The translations under genes were made by a program, and so were the position numbers. Shown in pieces: positions 44,070-54,521 of a DNA stretch of 64,000 nt. Location of the stretch: the NCBI GenBank assembly GCA_003331605.1, contig QOPD01000002.1, positions 118,188-182,187 on the forward strand, read 5' to 3'. The notes below the pieces were generated by a model that ran no database searches, was not told where the DNA came from, and saw nothing but the letters and a program-made list of their open reading frames with translations. Within the stretch, counting starts at the first letter, position 1. Every line of letters begins with the position of its first letter. Source of the DNA: SAR86 cluster bacterium (GTDB taxonomy: Bacteria; Pseudomonadota; Gammaproteobacteria; Magnimaribacterales; TMED112).

Positions 44070-44965
44070 TGCAGATCCAATCCAAATTATTAATTGAAAG
44101 CTTCTTAGACAACCTCTGGTTAGAAAAAAACCTCTCAGAGAACACTCTTGCTTCCTATAAGAACGATCTATTTAAGTTCAACCAATTTTTAGAAAAAAAT
44201 AGAAAATCAGCATTAGATGCAGATCACTTTCTGTTAATTTCATATTTAAGTAGTTTGTTAGATAACAATCTTTCATCCAAAACAATCTCAAGAAATTTAT
44301 CTGCTCTAAAGAGCTTCTTCAAATATTTGGTGAGTATTGATCAAATCGATTTTAACCCCACTGAAAATATTGACCCACCAAAATCAGGCTTGTATTTACC
44401 AACAACATTAACTACTGAGGAAACAGATAAATTATTGAATTCTCCAGATGAAGATAATTTTATTGAATTACGAGACAAAGCGATGTTGTATGTTCTATAT
44501 TCATGTGGATTAAGAGTTTCAGAATTAATAGGTCTTACGATCAATAATATTGACCTAAATAGAGGTTCTGTAAAGGTTCTCGGAAAGGGATCTAAAGAGA
44601 GACTTGTGCCAATGTCTGAGCAGTCTATTGAGATGGTAAAAAAATATTTATCTTCATCAAGAGAAAAACTGGCAAAGAATAATGATTTTCATTATGTTTT
44701 CCTTTCAACGCATGGAAGGAGAATCACAAGACAAAGTTTTTGGCATAGAGTAAAGATATACATGAGAAAAGAAAATATAGAAAAAGAAATTTACCCACAT
44801 ACACTAAGACATGCATTTGCAACACACATGCTCAATAATGGAGCTGATTTAAGATCTGTACAGCTATTGCTTGGCCATACAGATTTATCAACAACACAAA
44901 TCTATACCCATGTAGCACAATCTGAAATGAAAAATTTGCATAAAAAACATCACCCGAGAGGTTAA
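44069..44965 (+). CDS. xerD: Tyrosine recombinase XerD (chromosome dimer resolution)
   Basis: 298 aa; GLRVSEL, HTLRHAFATHML, LLGHTDLSTTQIYTH (R-H-R-Y catalytic set). Conserved xerD-dsbC context. Confidence 0.85.
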   Translation: MQIQSKLLIESFLDNLWLEKNLSENTLASYKNDLFKFNQFLEKNRKSALDADHFLLISYLSSLLDNNLSSKTISRNLSALKSFFKYLVSIDQIDFNPTENIDPPKSGLYLPTTLTTEETDKLLNSPDEDNFIELRDKAMLYVLYSCGLRVSELIGLTINNIDLNRGSVKVLGKGSKERLVPMSEQSIEMVKKYLSSSREKLAKNNDFHYVFLSTHGRRITRQSFWHRVKIYMRKENIEKEIYPHTLRHAFATHMLNNGADLRSVQLLLGHTDLSTTQIYTHVAQSEMKNLHKKHHPRG

Positions 44966-44967
44966 AA

Positions 44968-45672
44968 ATGAAATTTAGATTTATGCTACTTCTAATATAC
45001 GCCTTTACAGCTCAACCTTCAGAGGAGGTAAAATTAAAGCTAGAATCAATGCTTCCTCCAGGGATAAATTTAAATTTTTATGAAGACGCACAAATAGATA
45101 ATTTCTACGCCCTTAATGTAGCAAACAACCAAGTTATTTATATTTCTAAAGATTTTCAGTTTATTTTTGCTGGGGAGGTAATCAAATCATCACCTTCTGG
45201 TCTGGAAAGTGTGAACGAACAGTACCAACGCAAACTTATTTTAAATTTGTTATCTGAAGTGCCAGAATCAGAGTCGATTCAATTTATATCTGAAAATGAA
45301 AAGCATTCAATTTATGTTTTTACAGATGTAACCTGCGCTTATTGTCGAATATTCCATTCAAACATACGCGAATATCTTGATAGGGGAATATCAGTATTCT
45401 ACCTCGCATTCCCAAGAGATGGTATGGGTGGAAGTAGCTCAGAAAATATGAAAAGTGCTTGGTGTAGCAGTGACAGAGCCACAGCAGTTACACAATTGAA
45501 GTTAGGCAAAGATATTGCAAAAGCTAGTTGCAAAGACCCTATTGCAAAACATTTTGAAATAGGAAGGATGATTGGTATAACGGGAACTCCATCAATCGTT
45601 CTTGGTGATGGCCAAATGTTATCAGGCTATATTCCTGCAGAAGATTTAATTAAAATACTAGATAATGGATAA
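44968..45672 (+). CDS. dsbC: Thiol:disulfide interchange protein DsbC
   Basis: 234 aa with signal peptide; FTDVTCAYC thioredoxin motif; GTPSIVL cis-Pro loop. Confidence 0.8.
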   Translation: MKFRFMLLLIYAFTAQPSEEVKLKLESMLPPGINLNFYEDAQIDNFYALNVANNQVIYISKDFQFIFAGEVIKSSPSGLESVNEQYQRKLILNLLSEVPESESIQFISENEKHSIYVFTDVTCAYCRIFHSNIREYLDRGISVFYLAFPRDGMGGSSSENMKSAWCSSDRATAVTQLKLGKDIAKASCKDPIAKHFEIGRMIGITGTPSIVLGDGQMLSGYIPAEDLIKILDNG

Positions 45673-46760
45673 TTCAGAACTGCTCTTAAGAATATCAAAA
45701 ACCAGTGAGCGCATTGGAGAGCTTAGGGGGTTCCTTTGACCCTGACAAACTAAAACAAGAACTAGAACACCTAGATAAATCTCTACAAGATCCAGAGAAT
45801 TGGAAAAACCATTCTAAACTTAATGCATTAAACAAAGAAAAAACAACACTAGAACAAAAATTAGATGAATTCAAAAGAATTGAAGATGGTTTTAATGAGA
45901 TTTCTGATTTAGTAGATATCTCTATTGAGCTTGGAGATGAAAGTGAATTGTCCAACCAGGAAGATGCAATAAATATTCTTGAAGAAGAGATAGACTCACT
46001 TGAGACTAAACGCTACTTTTCACGCGAAAATGACCTCAATAATGCCTTTTTAGATGTTCAATCTGGCTCTGGTGGCACAGAGGCTCAAGATTGGGCAGAA
46101 ATGCTATTCAGAATGTACTCTAGGTGGGCTGAGGATATGGGTTTTACTGTAAAGATAGAGGAATTTTCTCCTGGAGATGTGGCAGGCATTAAAAGTGCAA
46201 GCATAAATATAAATGGACCCTATGCTTATGGTTGGCTTAGAACAGAAACTGGAATACACCGCCTCGTAAGAAAATCACCATTCGATTCTGGCAATAGAAG
46301 ACATACATCGTTCGCAGCTGTATTTGTTTCCCCGGAGATCGATGATGATATAGAAATTGATTTAGATATGTCACAAGTTAGAATCGATACTTATCGGGCT
46401 TCTGGAGCAGGGGGTCAGCACGTTAACAAAACTGATTCTGCAGTAAGGTTAACGCATATTCCGAGTGGATTAGTTGTTCAATGTCAGTCACAAAGGTCAC
46501 AGCACCAAAACAAAGACAGAGCAATTAAGCAACTAAAATCAAAACTATATGAGCTTGAATTGCAAAAGAGGGAAGAGGAGATAAAGAAAGTAGAAGACTC
46601 AAAAACAGATATTGGATGGGGCAATCAAATTAGATCTTACGTCTTAGATCAATCTAGAATAAAAGATATAAGAACAAAGTATGAGGAAACAAATACTCAG
46701 TCAGTATTAGATGGTAAAATTAACAACTTTATAAAAGCTAGCTTAAAAAATGGATACTAA
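45665..46760 (+). CDS. prfB: Peptide chain release factor 2 (programmed +1 frameshift at 45734..45740)
   Basis: Frame 0: ATG 45665 MDNSELLLRISKTSERIGELRGFL then TGA (45737..45739). The +1 frame continues DPDKLKQELEHLD... to 46760. SPF and GGQ (SGAGGQHVNKT) motifs present. The track start GTG 45705 is an artefact of the frameshift. Confidence 0.93.
45725..45740 (+). promoter_or_regulatory. RF2 autoregulatory +1 frameshift site
   Basis: AGGGGG TTC CTT TGA C, which is an internal SD-like element, 3-nt spacer and the slippery CUU-UGA-C. E. coli has AGGGGG TAT CTT TGA C. Confidence 0.9.
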
Positions 46761-48213
46761 AGAACTAAATAAAATTCAAAGAGATAGAGAAGAAAAGCTT
46801 AAACTTTTAAGACAAGAGGGTTTTAACTTTCCAAATAACTTTGAAAAAGTAGATAAGCTTGGCGATACGCACTTAAAGTTTGGCACCAAAAGTAAGGAAG
46901 AATTAGAAAATCTTAGCTCATCAATTCAGACAGCAGGAAGAGTTGTCTTAAAACGAGTAATGGGAAAAGCTGCTTTTATGACCCTAGAGGATGAATCTGG
47001 CAGATTGCAGGTTTATTTTTCATTGAATAATTTAGGTGAAGCCTTTTCACAAATAAGTGATTGGGATTTAGGCGATATTATTGGCGTAAGTGGAAAACTA
47101 TTTAGAACTAAAACAGACGAACTTACTATTGAAGCAACTACAAGCATTCTTTTGACAAAGTCACTGAATCCAATGCCAGAAAAGCATAAGGGCTTGTCAA
47201 ACATTGAAACTATTTATAGGCAAAGATACCTAGACCTCATGAGCAGTTCAGACTCAAGAGAATTATTTAAAAAACGAAATAAAATAATTACTTCATTAAG
47301 AAAAAATCTTGAAGGTGAAGGGTATCTTGAGGTTGAAACTCCAATGATGCATCCAATACCAGGTGGAGCAAATGCAAGACCATTCGAGACACACCATAAT
47401 GCATTAGACAAAAAGCTTTATTTAAGAATTGCACCTGAGCTTTATCTTAAAAGACTACTTGTTGGTGGTTTTGATAAGGTGTTTGAAATTAATAGAAACT
47501 TTAGAAATGAAGGTATTTCGACAGTGCATAATCCTGAATTTACAATGTTGGAGTTCTACGAATCATACGGCAGCCTTGAGAAAACTACAAAGTTTGTCCA
47601 AAAATTAGTTCAAGATAGCATCTCAGAGGTAAATGAATCTTTAAAGATTGAATACGATGGAAAGCCTTTGGATATGTCAGGAGATTTTAAAGTTGCTTCA
47701 ATAAAAGAGTTGCTCGAGGAGAAGTTAGGGTGTGATTTAAGCTCCCCGGAAGCCATAATGAGTGCCGCGAAAAAAATGAAACTTGCTGTCAAAGAAAATT
47801 GGGGTTGGGGCAAAGTTTTGTTGGAGCTTTTTGAGGCGCATATTGAAGAAGATCTTTGGGAACCAACTTTTGTTAAAGATTACCCTTATGAAATTTCTCC
47901 ATTATCAAGAAAGAAAGATGACAACCCAGAGTTTACTGACAGAATCGAGCTGTTTATTGCTGGTAGGGAGTTTGCCAATTTCTTTTGTGAACTTAATGAT
48001 CCAATTGATCAGGAAGAGAGATTTGATGATCAACTAAAACAAAAAGATTTAGGCGATATAGAAGCCATGTTCTTTGATGAGGATTACATCAATGCGCTAA
48101 AGCATGGGATGCCACCTGCTGTTGGTGTTGGGATAGGAATTGATAGATTGGTTATGCTCGCTACTAATAAAACTTCGATCAGGGACGTTGTTTTGTTTCC
48201 AACTTTAAAATAG
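46750..48213 (+). CDS. lysS: Lysyl-tRNA synthetase (class II)
   Basis: 487 aa; OB-fold then class II core (FRNEGIS, GIGIDRLVM); prfB-lysS pairing as in E. coli. Confidence 0.95.
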   Translation: MDTKELNKIQRDREEKLKLLRQEGFNFPNNFEKVDKLGDTHLKFGTKSKEELENLSSSIQTAGRVVLKRVMGKAAFMTLEDESGRLQVYFSLNNLGEAFSQISDWDLGDIIGVSGKLFRTKTDELTIEATTSILLTKSLNPMPEKHKGLSNIETIYRQRYLDLMSSSDSRELFKKRNKIITSLRKNLEGEGYLEVETPMMHPIPGGANARPFETHHNALDKKLYLRIAPELYLKRLLVGGFDKVFEINRNFRNEGISTVHNPEFTMLEFYESYGSLEKTTKFVQKLVQDSISEVNESLKIEYDGKPLDMSGDFKVASIKELLEEKLGCDLSSPEAIMSAAKKMKLAVKENWGWGKVLLELFEAHIEEDLWEPTFVKDYPYEISPLSRKKDDNPEFTDRIELFIAGREFANFFCELNDPIDQEERFDDQLKQKDLGDIEAMFFDEDYINALKHGMPPAVGVGIGIDRLVMLATNKTSIRDVVLFPTLK

Positions 48214-48225
48214 ATATTTTTTTTG

Positions 48226-49212
48226 TTATATAAGTTCCTTTATAAAGTTTCTCTCTTCAAGCAATTCATTTGCAGTAATTTCAAGCTTATTTTTTGCAAA
48301 GTCACTCAAACTAAAATCTCTTACAATTTCAATATCTCCATTTCCATCAGAAATTAGAGGAAAACCAGAAAATATGCCCTCAGGCATGCCATATGCTCCA
48401 TCACTTAATATTGCTGCATTAAAAACATCACCGGATCTCGTTGGATGCTCAACTGCTTTGACAGTATCGCATGCAGCTCTAGCAGCAGAGGATGCTGAAG
48501 ATGCACCCCTGGCTTTAATTATTTCTGCACCCCTTTGTTGAATGCGTGGTAGGTACTCATTTTCAACCCAGGAATGATTGTTAATTAGCTCATAAGCATT
48601 TTGACCATTAATATTTGTATTCTCTAAGTCTGGAAACATGGTAGGGCTATGATTGCCAAATACAGACAACCTGTAGATATCATCAACGTGACAGTTTAAT
48701 TTTATTGATAGTTGAGCTTTTGCTCTTAAGGCATCCAGCATTGTCATCGCCATCCATAACTGATTTTTGTTTGGTGAATTACTATAACCAATGAGAGCAT
48801 TTGTATTTGCAGGGTTTCCAACAACGAGAATTTTGCAGGATTGTTTTGCTTTTTCACCAATAGCTTTACCTTGTTCAGTGAAAATGCCGCCGTTGATTTG
48901 TAACAAGTCTGATCTTTCTTTAATTTCTTTGCCATTTAGCACAATACCCCTAGGGATAGAGCCAACTAAAAGACACCAGTCTGCATCTATAACCGCATCT
49001 TGGATGTTATCAAAGGTACTAATTGAATTTACCGTGCTGTATGCGGAATCTTCTAGCTCTTTAACAAAACCATCCAATCTTTCCATAGCTGAAGGGATTT
49101 CAACTAAAGCTAAATCTATTTTCTCGTTTGATTTGAATACGCCCTGTTGGCATAAAAATGGAACTAGTGAGTAAGATATTTGGCCAGCAGCCCCTGTTAT
49201 TACAACTTTCAT
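48226..49212 (-). CDS. mdh: Malate dehydrogenase (LDH-like family 2)
   Basis: 328 aa; MKVVITGAAGQISYSL, VVGNPANTNA, GNHS. Confidence 0.9.
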   Translation of the reverse strand: MKVVITGAAGQISYSLVPFLCQQGVFKSNEKIDLALVEIPSAMERLDGFVKELEDSAYSTVNSISTFDNIQDAVIDADWCLLVGSIPRGIVLNGKEIKERSDLLQINGGIFTEQGKAIGEKAKQSCKILVVGNPANTNALIGYSNSPNKNQLWMAMTMLDALRAKAQLSIKLNCHVDDIYRLSVFGNHSPTMFPDLENTNINGQNAYELINNHSWVENEYLPRIQQRGAEIIKARGASSASSAARAACDTVKAVEHPTRSGDVFNAAILSDGAYGMPEGIFSGFPLISDGNGDIEIVRDFSLSDFAKNKLEITANELLEERNFIKELI

Positions 49213-49301
49213 AGCTTTGATTAATTCCTATTCTATGTTTACTTGTTGTTTAATTCCATTAGAATCAACATTTCATACATAAATTATTAAGGAGTCAGAC
49301 A

Positions 49302-50213
49302 ATGTCACTAGATTTTAATGGAAAAGTTGCAGTAGTAACAGGCTCAGGAGGAGGCATAGGGAAAGGTTATGCACTTGAGTTGGCCAGAAGAGGAGTAAAA
49401 GTTGTTGTCAATGATTTGGGCGGATCTGTCGATGGTACAGGAGGTTCAGTATCAGCAGCTGAAGCTGTAGTTCAAGAAATTGAAGCAAATGGAGGCGAGG
49501 CGTTAGCAAATGGAGCAAACGTCAGCAATCAATCTGATGTGAAGGATATGATTGAATCAACACTTAGCAAATGGGGAAGGGTTGATATTTTAATAAATAA
49601 TGCCGGTATTCTTCGAGATAAGTCTTTTGGAAAAATGGAGTGGGAGGATTTTGTAGCGGTCATTAATGTTCATTTGCTTGGTTCAGCTCTGTGTGCTCAT
49701 AGTGTTTTTCCTGTTATGAAAGAACAAGAATATGGAAGAATAATTATGACATCGTCATCATCAGGACTTTTTGGTAATTTTGGGCAAACAAATTATGCTG
49801 CAGCAAAAATGGGAGTAGTGGGATTAATGAACACCCTTAAGCTTGAAGGAGCAAAATACAATGTTCATACCAACTCCATTGCACCTACAGCAACAACAAG
49901 AATGACTGAGCATCTATTTCCTGCTGAGTTTGGTGAGCAATTAGATCCAAAATACATTATTCCAGCTGTTGTATATCTTGCGAGTGAAAAAGCACCTAAT
50001 GGTGAAATTCTAGAAGCAGGTGGGGGTGTGGTTGCCAACACATATGTTATGGAAACAATGGGCAAGTTTTTTGGTACAGATGAAAGTTTTACAGCCGAAG
50101 CTGTTGCAGAAAGCTGGGCAGAGATAGCTGATACCAATGATGCTAGAAGGCCATTCCAGGGTGGAGATGTTGCTTTGAAGCACTTTGAGGCTATTCAAAA
50201 AACACAGAAATAA
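49302..50213 (+). CDS. Short-chain dehydrogenase/reductase (MFE-2/3-hydroxyacyl-CoA dehydrogenase-like)
   Basis: 303 aa; VTGSGGGIGKGYA, NNAGI, SSSSG...YAAAK catalytic set. NDLGGSVDGTGGS insert typical of the MFE-2-like SDR subgroup. Confidence 0.7.
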   Translation: MSLDFNGKVAVVTGSGGGIGKGYALELARRGVKVVVNDLGGSVDGTGGSVSAAEAVVQEIEANGGEALANGANVSNQSDVKDMIESTLSKWGRVDILINNAGILRDKSFGKMEWEDFVAVINVHLLGSALCAHSVFPVMKEQEYGRIIMTSSSSGLFGNFGQTNYAAAKMGVVGLMNTLKLEGAKYNVHTNSIAPTATTRMTEHLFPAEFGEQLDPKYIIPAVVYLASEKAPNGEILEAGGGVVANTYVMETMGKFFGTDESFTAEAVAESWAEIADTNDARRPFQGGDVALKHFEAIQKTQK

Positions 50214-50230
50214 ACCTTGTTGCTAATCAT

Positions 50231-50257
50231 AAAAAAGGCTCTTTATGAGCCTTTTTT
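50231..50257. terminator. Bidirectional rho-independent terminator between the SDR gene and nrdB
   Basis: AAAAAGGCTC TTTAT GAGCCTTTTT, a perfect stem flanked by an A-run and a T-run so that it works on both strands. Confidence 0.8.
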
Positions 50258-50302
50258 TATTTAAAGCACCACCATAGTTGCAGACCTACAGCAGCGCAAC
50301 TT

Positions 50303-51517
50303 TTAATCGAATTGCAAAGAACCACCAACTTGGTATTCGATGACTCTGGTTTCAAAGAAGTTCTTCTCTTTCCTAAGATCCATAATTTCAGACATCCAAG
50401 GAAACGGATTCTTAACACCTGGGAATTCTTCACTTAAACCAATCTGTACTAGTCTTCTATTGCAGATAAATTTTAGATATTCCTCCATCATTACCGCATT
50501 CATTCCTAGAACTCCGCGTGGCATTGAATCTCTTGCGTATTCTATTTCATATTTAGTTCCTTCAAGTATTAAGTTTCTAGCTCTTGTCTTCATGTCTTCA
50601 TCCCAAATATTTGGATTTTCATTAATAATCGTATTTATAACATCTATTCCAAAGTTTACGTGCATGGATTCATCACGAAGAATATACTGGAATTGTTCTG
50701 AGACTCCAGTCATTTTGTTTAACCTTCCCATTGATAGTACTTGCGTAAAACCACAATAGAAGAACATACCTTCAAGCACACAATAATAAGCTATTAGGTT
50801 GCCAAGAAACTCTTTATCGTTTTCAGGTGTGCCAGTACTAAAACTAGGATCAGAAAGCGATCTCGTATGTTTTAGGCCCCAAGCAGCCTTTTTCTCGACT
50901 GAAGGCACTTCTCTGTACATATTAAATATTTCACCTTCATCCATACCTAAAGATTCGACGCAGTATTGATATGCGTGAGTGTGAATGGCTTCTTCAAAAG
51001 CTTGTCGTAGAAGATATTGTCTGCATTCAGGGTTTGTTATCTGTCTATATACAGAGAGAACAAGGTTGTTTGCAACCAATGAATCCGCAGTTGAAAAGAA
51101 GCCCAAACTTCTTTTAACTATTCTTCTTTCATCTTCTGAGAGCCCATCGTTACTTTTCCACAAAGCAATATCTGCAGTCATATTAATTTCTTGCGGCATC
51201 CAGTGGTTGGCACAACCATCAAGATATTTTTTCCAAGCCCATTCATACTTGAAGGGTACAAGTTGATTGAGATCTGCCCTTGAATTAATCATGGCTTTTT
51301 GATCAACCTGCACCCTGCCTTCTAATGTATCTAAATCTTCTTTAGCCAGTTTCATATCTTCTTCAGTTAATGTAGAAACACTTACTGCTTCTTGGTTGGC
51401 TGTATTTGCGACTGGCTCAGTTTGTTGAAGCTGAACCTGAGGCTCATCTTTTTCTAGGGTTTTCTCTTGTTTGTTTTCAGTTATTTCTTCTTTATTATAA
51501 TCGTCCCAATTTAACAT
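50303..51517 (-). CDS. nrdB: Ribonucleotide reductase class Ia beta subunit
   Basis: Start at [11 protein letters not shown] (comp ATG 51515..51517), preceded by AGGAGGAAAA. Iron ligands EEAIHTHAY and RDESMH. Long acidic N-terminal region as in Pseudomonas-type NrdB. Confidence 0.93.
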   Translation of the reverse strand: MLNWDDYNKEEITENKQEKTLEKDEPQVQLQQTEPVANTANQEAVSVSTLTEEDMKLAKEDLDTLEGRVQVDQKAMINSRADLNQLVPFKYEWAWKKYLDGCANHWMPQEINMTADIALWKSNDGLSEDERRIVKRSLGFFSTADSLVANNLVLSVYRQITNPECRQYLLRQAFEEAIHTHAYQYCVESLGMDEGEIFNMYREVPSVEKKAAWGLKHTRSLSDPSFSTGTPENDKEFLGNLIAYYCVLEGMFFYCGFTQVLSMGRLNKMTGVSEQFQYILRDESMHVNFGIDVINTIINENPNIWDEDMKTRARNLILEGTKYEIEYARDSMPRGVLGMNAVMMEEYLKFICNRRLVQIGLSEEFPGVKNPFPWMSEIMDLRKEKNFFETRVIEYQVGGSLQFD

Positions 51518-51525
51518 TTTTCCTC

Positions 51526-54333
51526 CTATTGGCATGCCTCACAATCTGGATCTAATATACTGCAAGCTTTTGGTGCAGGAGCAGCTACTGTTGTGCTTGT
51601 TGCTGCAGTTTCAACTGCATTCAAATTGCTTCTTTCAACTGTTGATTTTTCTGTTGAAGTAGCGCCCATAGCTCTCAAGTAATATGTTGTTTTAAGGCCT
51701 TTATACCAAGCCATTCTATAAGTGATATCAAGTTTTTTCCCATCAACATTTGCAATGTATAAGTTCAATGATTGAGCTTGATCAATCCATTTTTGTCTTC
51801 TGCTTGCCGATTCAACTATGTAGCGTGGCTCAACTTCAAAAGCTGTCATAAATCTATTCTTAATATCTTCAGGGATTCTGTTTATCTGTGATAGAGATCC
51901 CTCAAAATATTTAAGATCACTCAACATCACATCATCCCAAAGACCTTCCTGTTTTAATTCTTCAATCAAATAAGGGTTAACTATTGTAAATTCGCCTGAT
52001 AGATTGGATTTAACGAATAGGTTTTGATAAGTTGGCTCAATAGATTGTGATACTCCTGTAATGTTGGCTATAGTTGCAGTAGGGGCAATAGCCATAACGT
52101 TTGAGTTTCTCATTCCTGTTGTTTTGACCTTCTCTCTTAATTTATCCCAATCAAGGGTTGTATCTGTGTTTTGGTCAATAAAGCTTTCACCTCTTTGTTC
52201 TTTAAGAAGTTGGATTGAATCTATTGGGAGTATGCCTTGATCCCAAAGAGAGTTTTCATAGGTCTCATAGGTTCCTCTTTCCTTTGCCAAGTCTGATGAT
52301 GTATCTATTGCAAAGTAGCTTATCAGTTCCATTGATTTATCAGCAAAGTCTACAGCTTCTTGTGAGTTGTATGATATTCCAAGTTTATATAATGCATCCT
52401 GGAAACCCATCAAGCCTAAACCAACAGGTCTGTGTTTTTTATTGGAGTTTTCAGCTTGTGGAACAGGGTAGTAATTTATATCAATAACGTTATCTAGCAT
52501 TCTTACAGCTGTAGTTACTGTTTGTTTTAGTTGCTCCACATTTATTTTTCCATCTTGAATGTGTTGAGGAAGATTTATGCTTCCTAAGTTACATACTGCT
52601 ATTTCTTCTTCATTAGTGTTAAGGGTGATCTCTGTACATAAGTTTGATGAATGCACTGTTCCTACATGCCCTTGAGGTGATCTTATATTGCAAGGATCTT
52701 TGAATGTTATCCAGGGGTGCCCTGTTTCAAAAAGCATGGACAGCATTTTTCTCCAGAGTTTTTTTGCAGGAATTTTCTTAAAGTGAGTGAGGGTTCCACT
52801 CTCTGCCATTTTTTCGTATTCCTCATACCTTTTTTCGAATTCTGAACCATAAATATCATGTAGATCTGGCACATCTGATGGGGAGAAGAGAGTCCATTCC
52901 TTATCTTCTTCTAGTCGCTTCATAAACAAATCTGGTATCCAGTTTGCTGTATTCATATCATGGGTTCTTCTTCTATCATCTCCAGTATTTTTTCTTAGAT
53001 CTAAAAATTCCTCCACATCCATATGCCAGCACTCAAGATAGGCACAAAAAGCGCCTTTTCTTTTGCCACCTTGATTAACGGCAACAGCCGTGTCGTTAGA
53101 CACTTTGAGAAATGGAACTATCCCTTGGCTCTTTCCGTTTGTTCCTTTTATTCTTGATCCAAGAGCACGTACATTTGTCCAATCATTTCCAAGTCCTCCT
53201 GCCCACTTTGAAAGTAGAGCATTATCTCTTATGGCTCCATATATACCTGAAAGATCATCTGGGACTGTTGTTAAGTAGCATGAGGATAATTGTGGTCTAT
53301 GTGTGCCTGAATTAAACAGAGTCGGTGTTGAACTCATATAATCAAAGCTTGAAAGCAACTTATAGAATTCTACAGCTCTATCTGTCTTATTTTCTTCATT
53401 TACTGCAAGCCCCATTGCCACTCTCATTAAGAAGACTTGAGGTAATTCATACCTGGTATCTTCTGATGTTATAAAGTATCGATCGTAAAGTGTTTGCAGG
53501 CCTAGGTATGTAAAGTTGAAATCTCTTTTTTCATCAACAGCATCTTGAAGTTTTTCTAGATCGAAGCTTAGTAATTCTTTGTTAAGAAAGTCGAGCTCAA
53601 TACCTTTTTCAAACGTCTTTACTAATGCTTCTTTGTACATTTCCTTTCTGTCTGATTTTTTGGCTAAGTCAATACCAAGGAAACCTAAGACCTCATTTTC
53701 AATGTTATTCAATAGTATTCTGGCGGAGACGTATGAGTAGTTTGGTTCTTTTTCTACCATTGTTCTGGCAGCAATTACCATACAGTCAGCAAGATCTTTT
53801 TCAGACATACCTTCGTAAGAAGAAGCGTTTATTTCTTTAATAAGAGCTTCCGGATCCACATCAGTTAAATTTGCACAAGCATTATTGACTATTGCACTGA
53901 CAGCATCATCTTGATTATCTTTTGTTGCAACCAAGGGCTCTTCTTCTTTCCTTTCTTGTTTTCGTGCCTCTCTGTACAATACATAGCTTCTTGCAACTTT
54001 ATGATGCTCGCTTCTCATTAATTGGAGTTCTACTTGATCTTGTATCTCTTCTATGTGTATCGTTCCACCGGATGGCATTCTGCGCTCAAAGACTTCGATG
54101 ACTGCTTTTGTTAAAACATCAACATTCTCATGAATCCTCGATGAGCCAGCAGCTGTTCCTCCTTCTACTGCAAGAAAAGCTTTCATTATCGCAACCTTAA
54201 TTTTTTCTTCTTCAAACGAAACAACTTTTCCATTGCGTTTAATAACACGCATTTTCCCCGGAGTTAGAACAACATTCGGATGTTGAATTTCTTCTGTTTT
54301 TTTTGTTGCGCTTTCTGTTATCTGTTGTTCCAT
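51526..54333 (-). CDS. nrdA: Ribonucleotide reductase class Ia alpha subunit
   Basis: Start at [12 protein letters not shown] (comp ATG 54331..54333). ATP-cone ([16 protein letters not shown]), NLCTEI active site, C-terminal [12 protein letters not shown]. The track start 54417 would bury the NrdR boxes. Confidence 0.93.
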   Translation of the reverse strand: MEQQITESATKKTEEIQHPNVVLTPGKMRVIKRNGKVVSFEEEKIKVAIMKAFLAVEGGTAAGSSRIHENVDVLTKAVIEVFERRMPSGGTIHIEEIQDQVELQLMRSEHHKVARSYVLYREARKQERKEEEPLVATKDNQDDAVSAIVNNACANLTDVDPEALIKEINASSYEGMSEKDLADCMVIAARTMVEKEPNYSYVSARILLNNIENEVLGFLGIDLAKKSDRKEMYKEALVKTFEKGIELDFLNKELLSFDLEKLQDAVDEKRDFNFTYLGLQTLYDRYFITSEDTRYELPQVFLMRVAMGLAVNEENKTDRAVEFYKLLSSFDYMSSTPTLFNSGTHRPQLSSCYLTTVPDDLSGIYGAIRDNALLSKWAGGLGNDWTNVRALGSRIKGTNGKSQGIVPFLKVSNDTAVAVNQGGKRKGAFCAYLECWHMDVEEFLDLRKNTGDDRRRTHDMNTANWIPDLFMKRLEEDKEWTLFSPSDVPDLHDIYGSEFEKRYEEYEKMAESGTLTHFKKIPAKKLWRKMLSMLFETGHPWITFKDPCNIRSPQGHVGTVHSSNLCTEITLNTNEEEIAVCNLGSINLPQHIQDGKINVEQLKQTVTTAVRMLDNVIDINYYPVPQAENSNKKHRPVGLGLMGFQDALYKLGISYNSQEAVDFADKSMELISYFAIDTSSDLAKERGTYETYENSLWDQGILPIDSIQLLKEQRGESFIDQNTDTTLDWDKLREKVKTTGMRNSNVMAIAPTATIANITGVSQSIEPTYQNLFVKSNLSGEFTIVNPYLIEELKQEGLWDDVMLSDLKYFEGSLSQINRIPEDIKNRFMTAFEVEPRYIVESASRRQKWIDQAQSLNLYIANVDGKKLDITYRMAWYKGLKTTYYLRAMGATSTEKSTVERSNLNAVETAATSTTVAAPAPKACSILDPDCEACQ

Positions 54334-54380
54334 GTGTAAGGGTATTTTTATGCATCTAAAACTTACATTCAAGCTTTTTA

Positions 54381-54427
54381 GCACAATATGTTGTGTTATT
54401 TTTTTTTGATAACACAATATGCAGTGT
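54381..54427 (-). promoter_or_regulatory. Two NrdR boxes upstream of nrdA
   Basis: GCACAATATGTTGTGT (54381..54396) and ACACAATATGCAGTGT (54412..54427). Both are near-palindromes of the ACACwAtATaTwGTGT type. Centres are 31 bp apart, 48-94 bp upstream of the nrdA ATG. Confidence 0.75.
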
Positions 54428-54433
54428 TTTTCC

Positions 54434-54442
54434 TGTGGATAA
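54434..54442. promoter_or_regulatory. Perfect DnaA box in the nrdA/serA divergent region
   Basis: TGTGGATAA is the reverse complement of TTATCCACA. A degenerate copy ATTGGATAA lies 11 nt downstream (54445..54453). Confidence 0.6.
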
Positions 54443-54521
54443 ACATTGGATAAATTGGGTACTTTTTTTTAATTTTTGTTTCCAAAAAAGCTTAAAATCT
54501 GTATTATCAAAAGCTTTCCAC

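Noticed and set aside
44069-44965. Tyrosine recombinase as marker of an integrated mobile element
   Set aside because: The sequence and context (rplS-xerD-dsbC-prfB-lysS) match housekeeping XerD. No att-like repeats, tRNA, or phage or transposon genes flank it.
50303-51517. Long acidic N-terminal region of NrdB as a novel domain
   Set aside because: The MLxWDxxxKE... start followed by a low-complexity linker, then [24 protein letters not shown], is the normal architecture of Pseudomonas-type class Ia NrdB as I recall it. It pairs with the long double ATP-cone NrdA seen here.
54334-54417. Longer nrdA ORF (963 aa, start 54417) and longer serA-like ORF (start 54393)
   Set aside because: The extensions are not homologous to NrdA or SerA N-termini (MCYQKKITQHIVLK..., MLFFFDNTICSV...). 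They overlap each other on opposite strands and cover the NrdR and DnaA boxes. Internal ATGs at 54333 and 54522 give N-termini matching the families.
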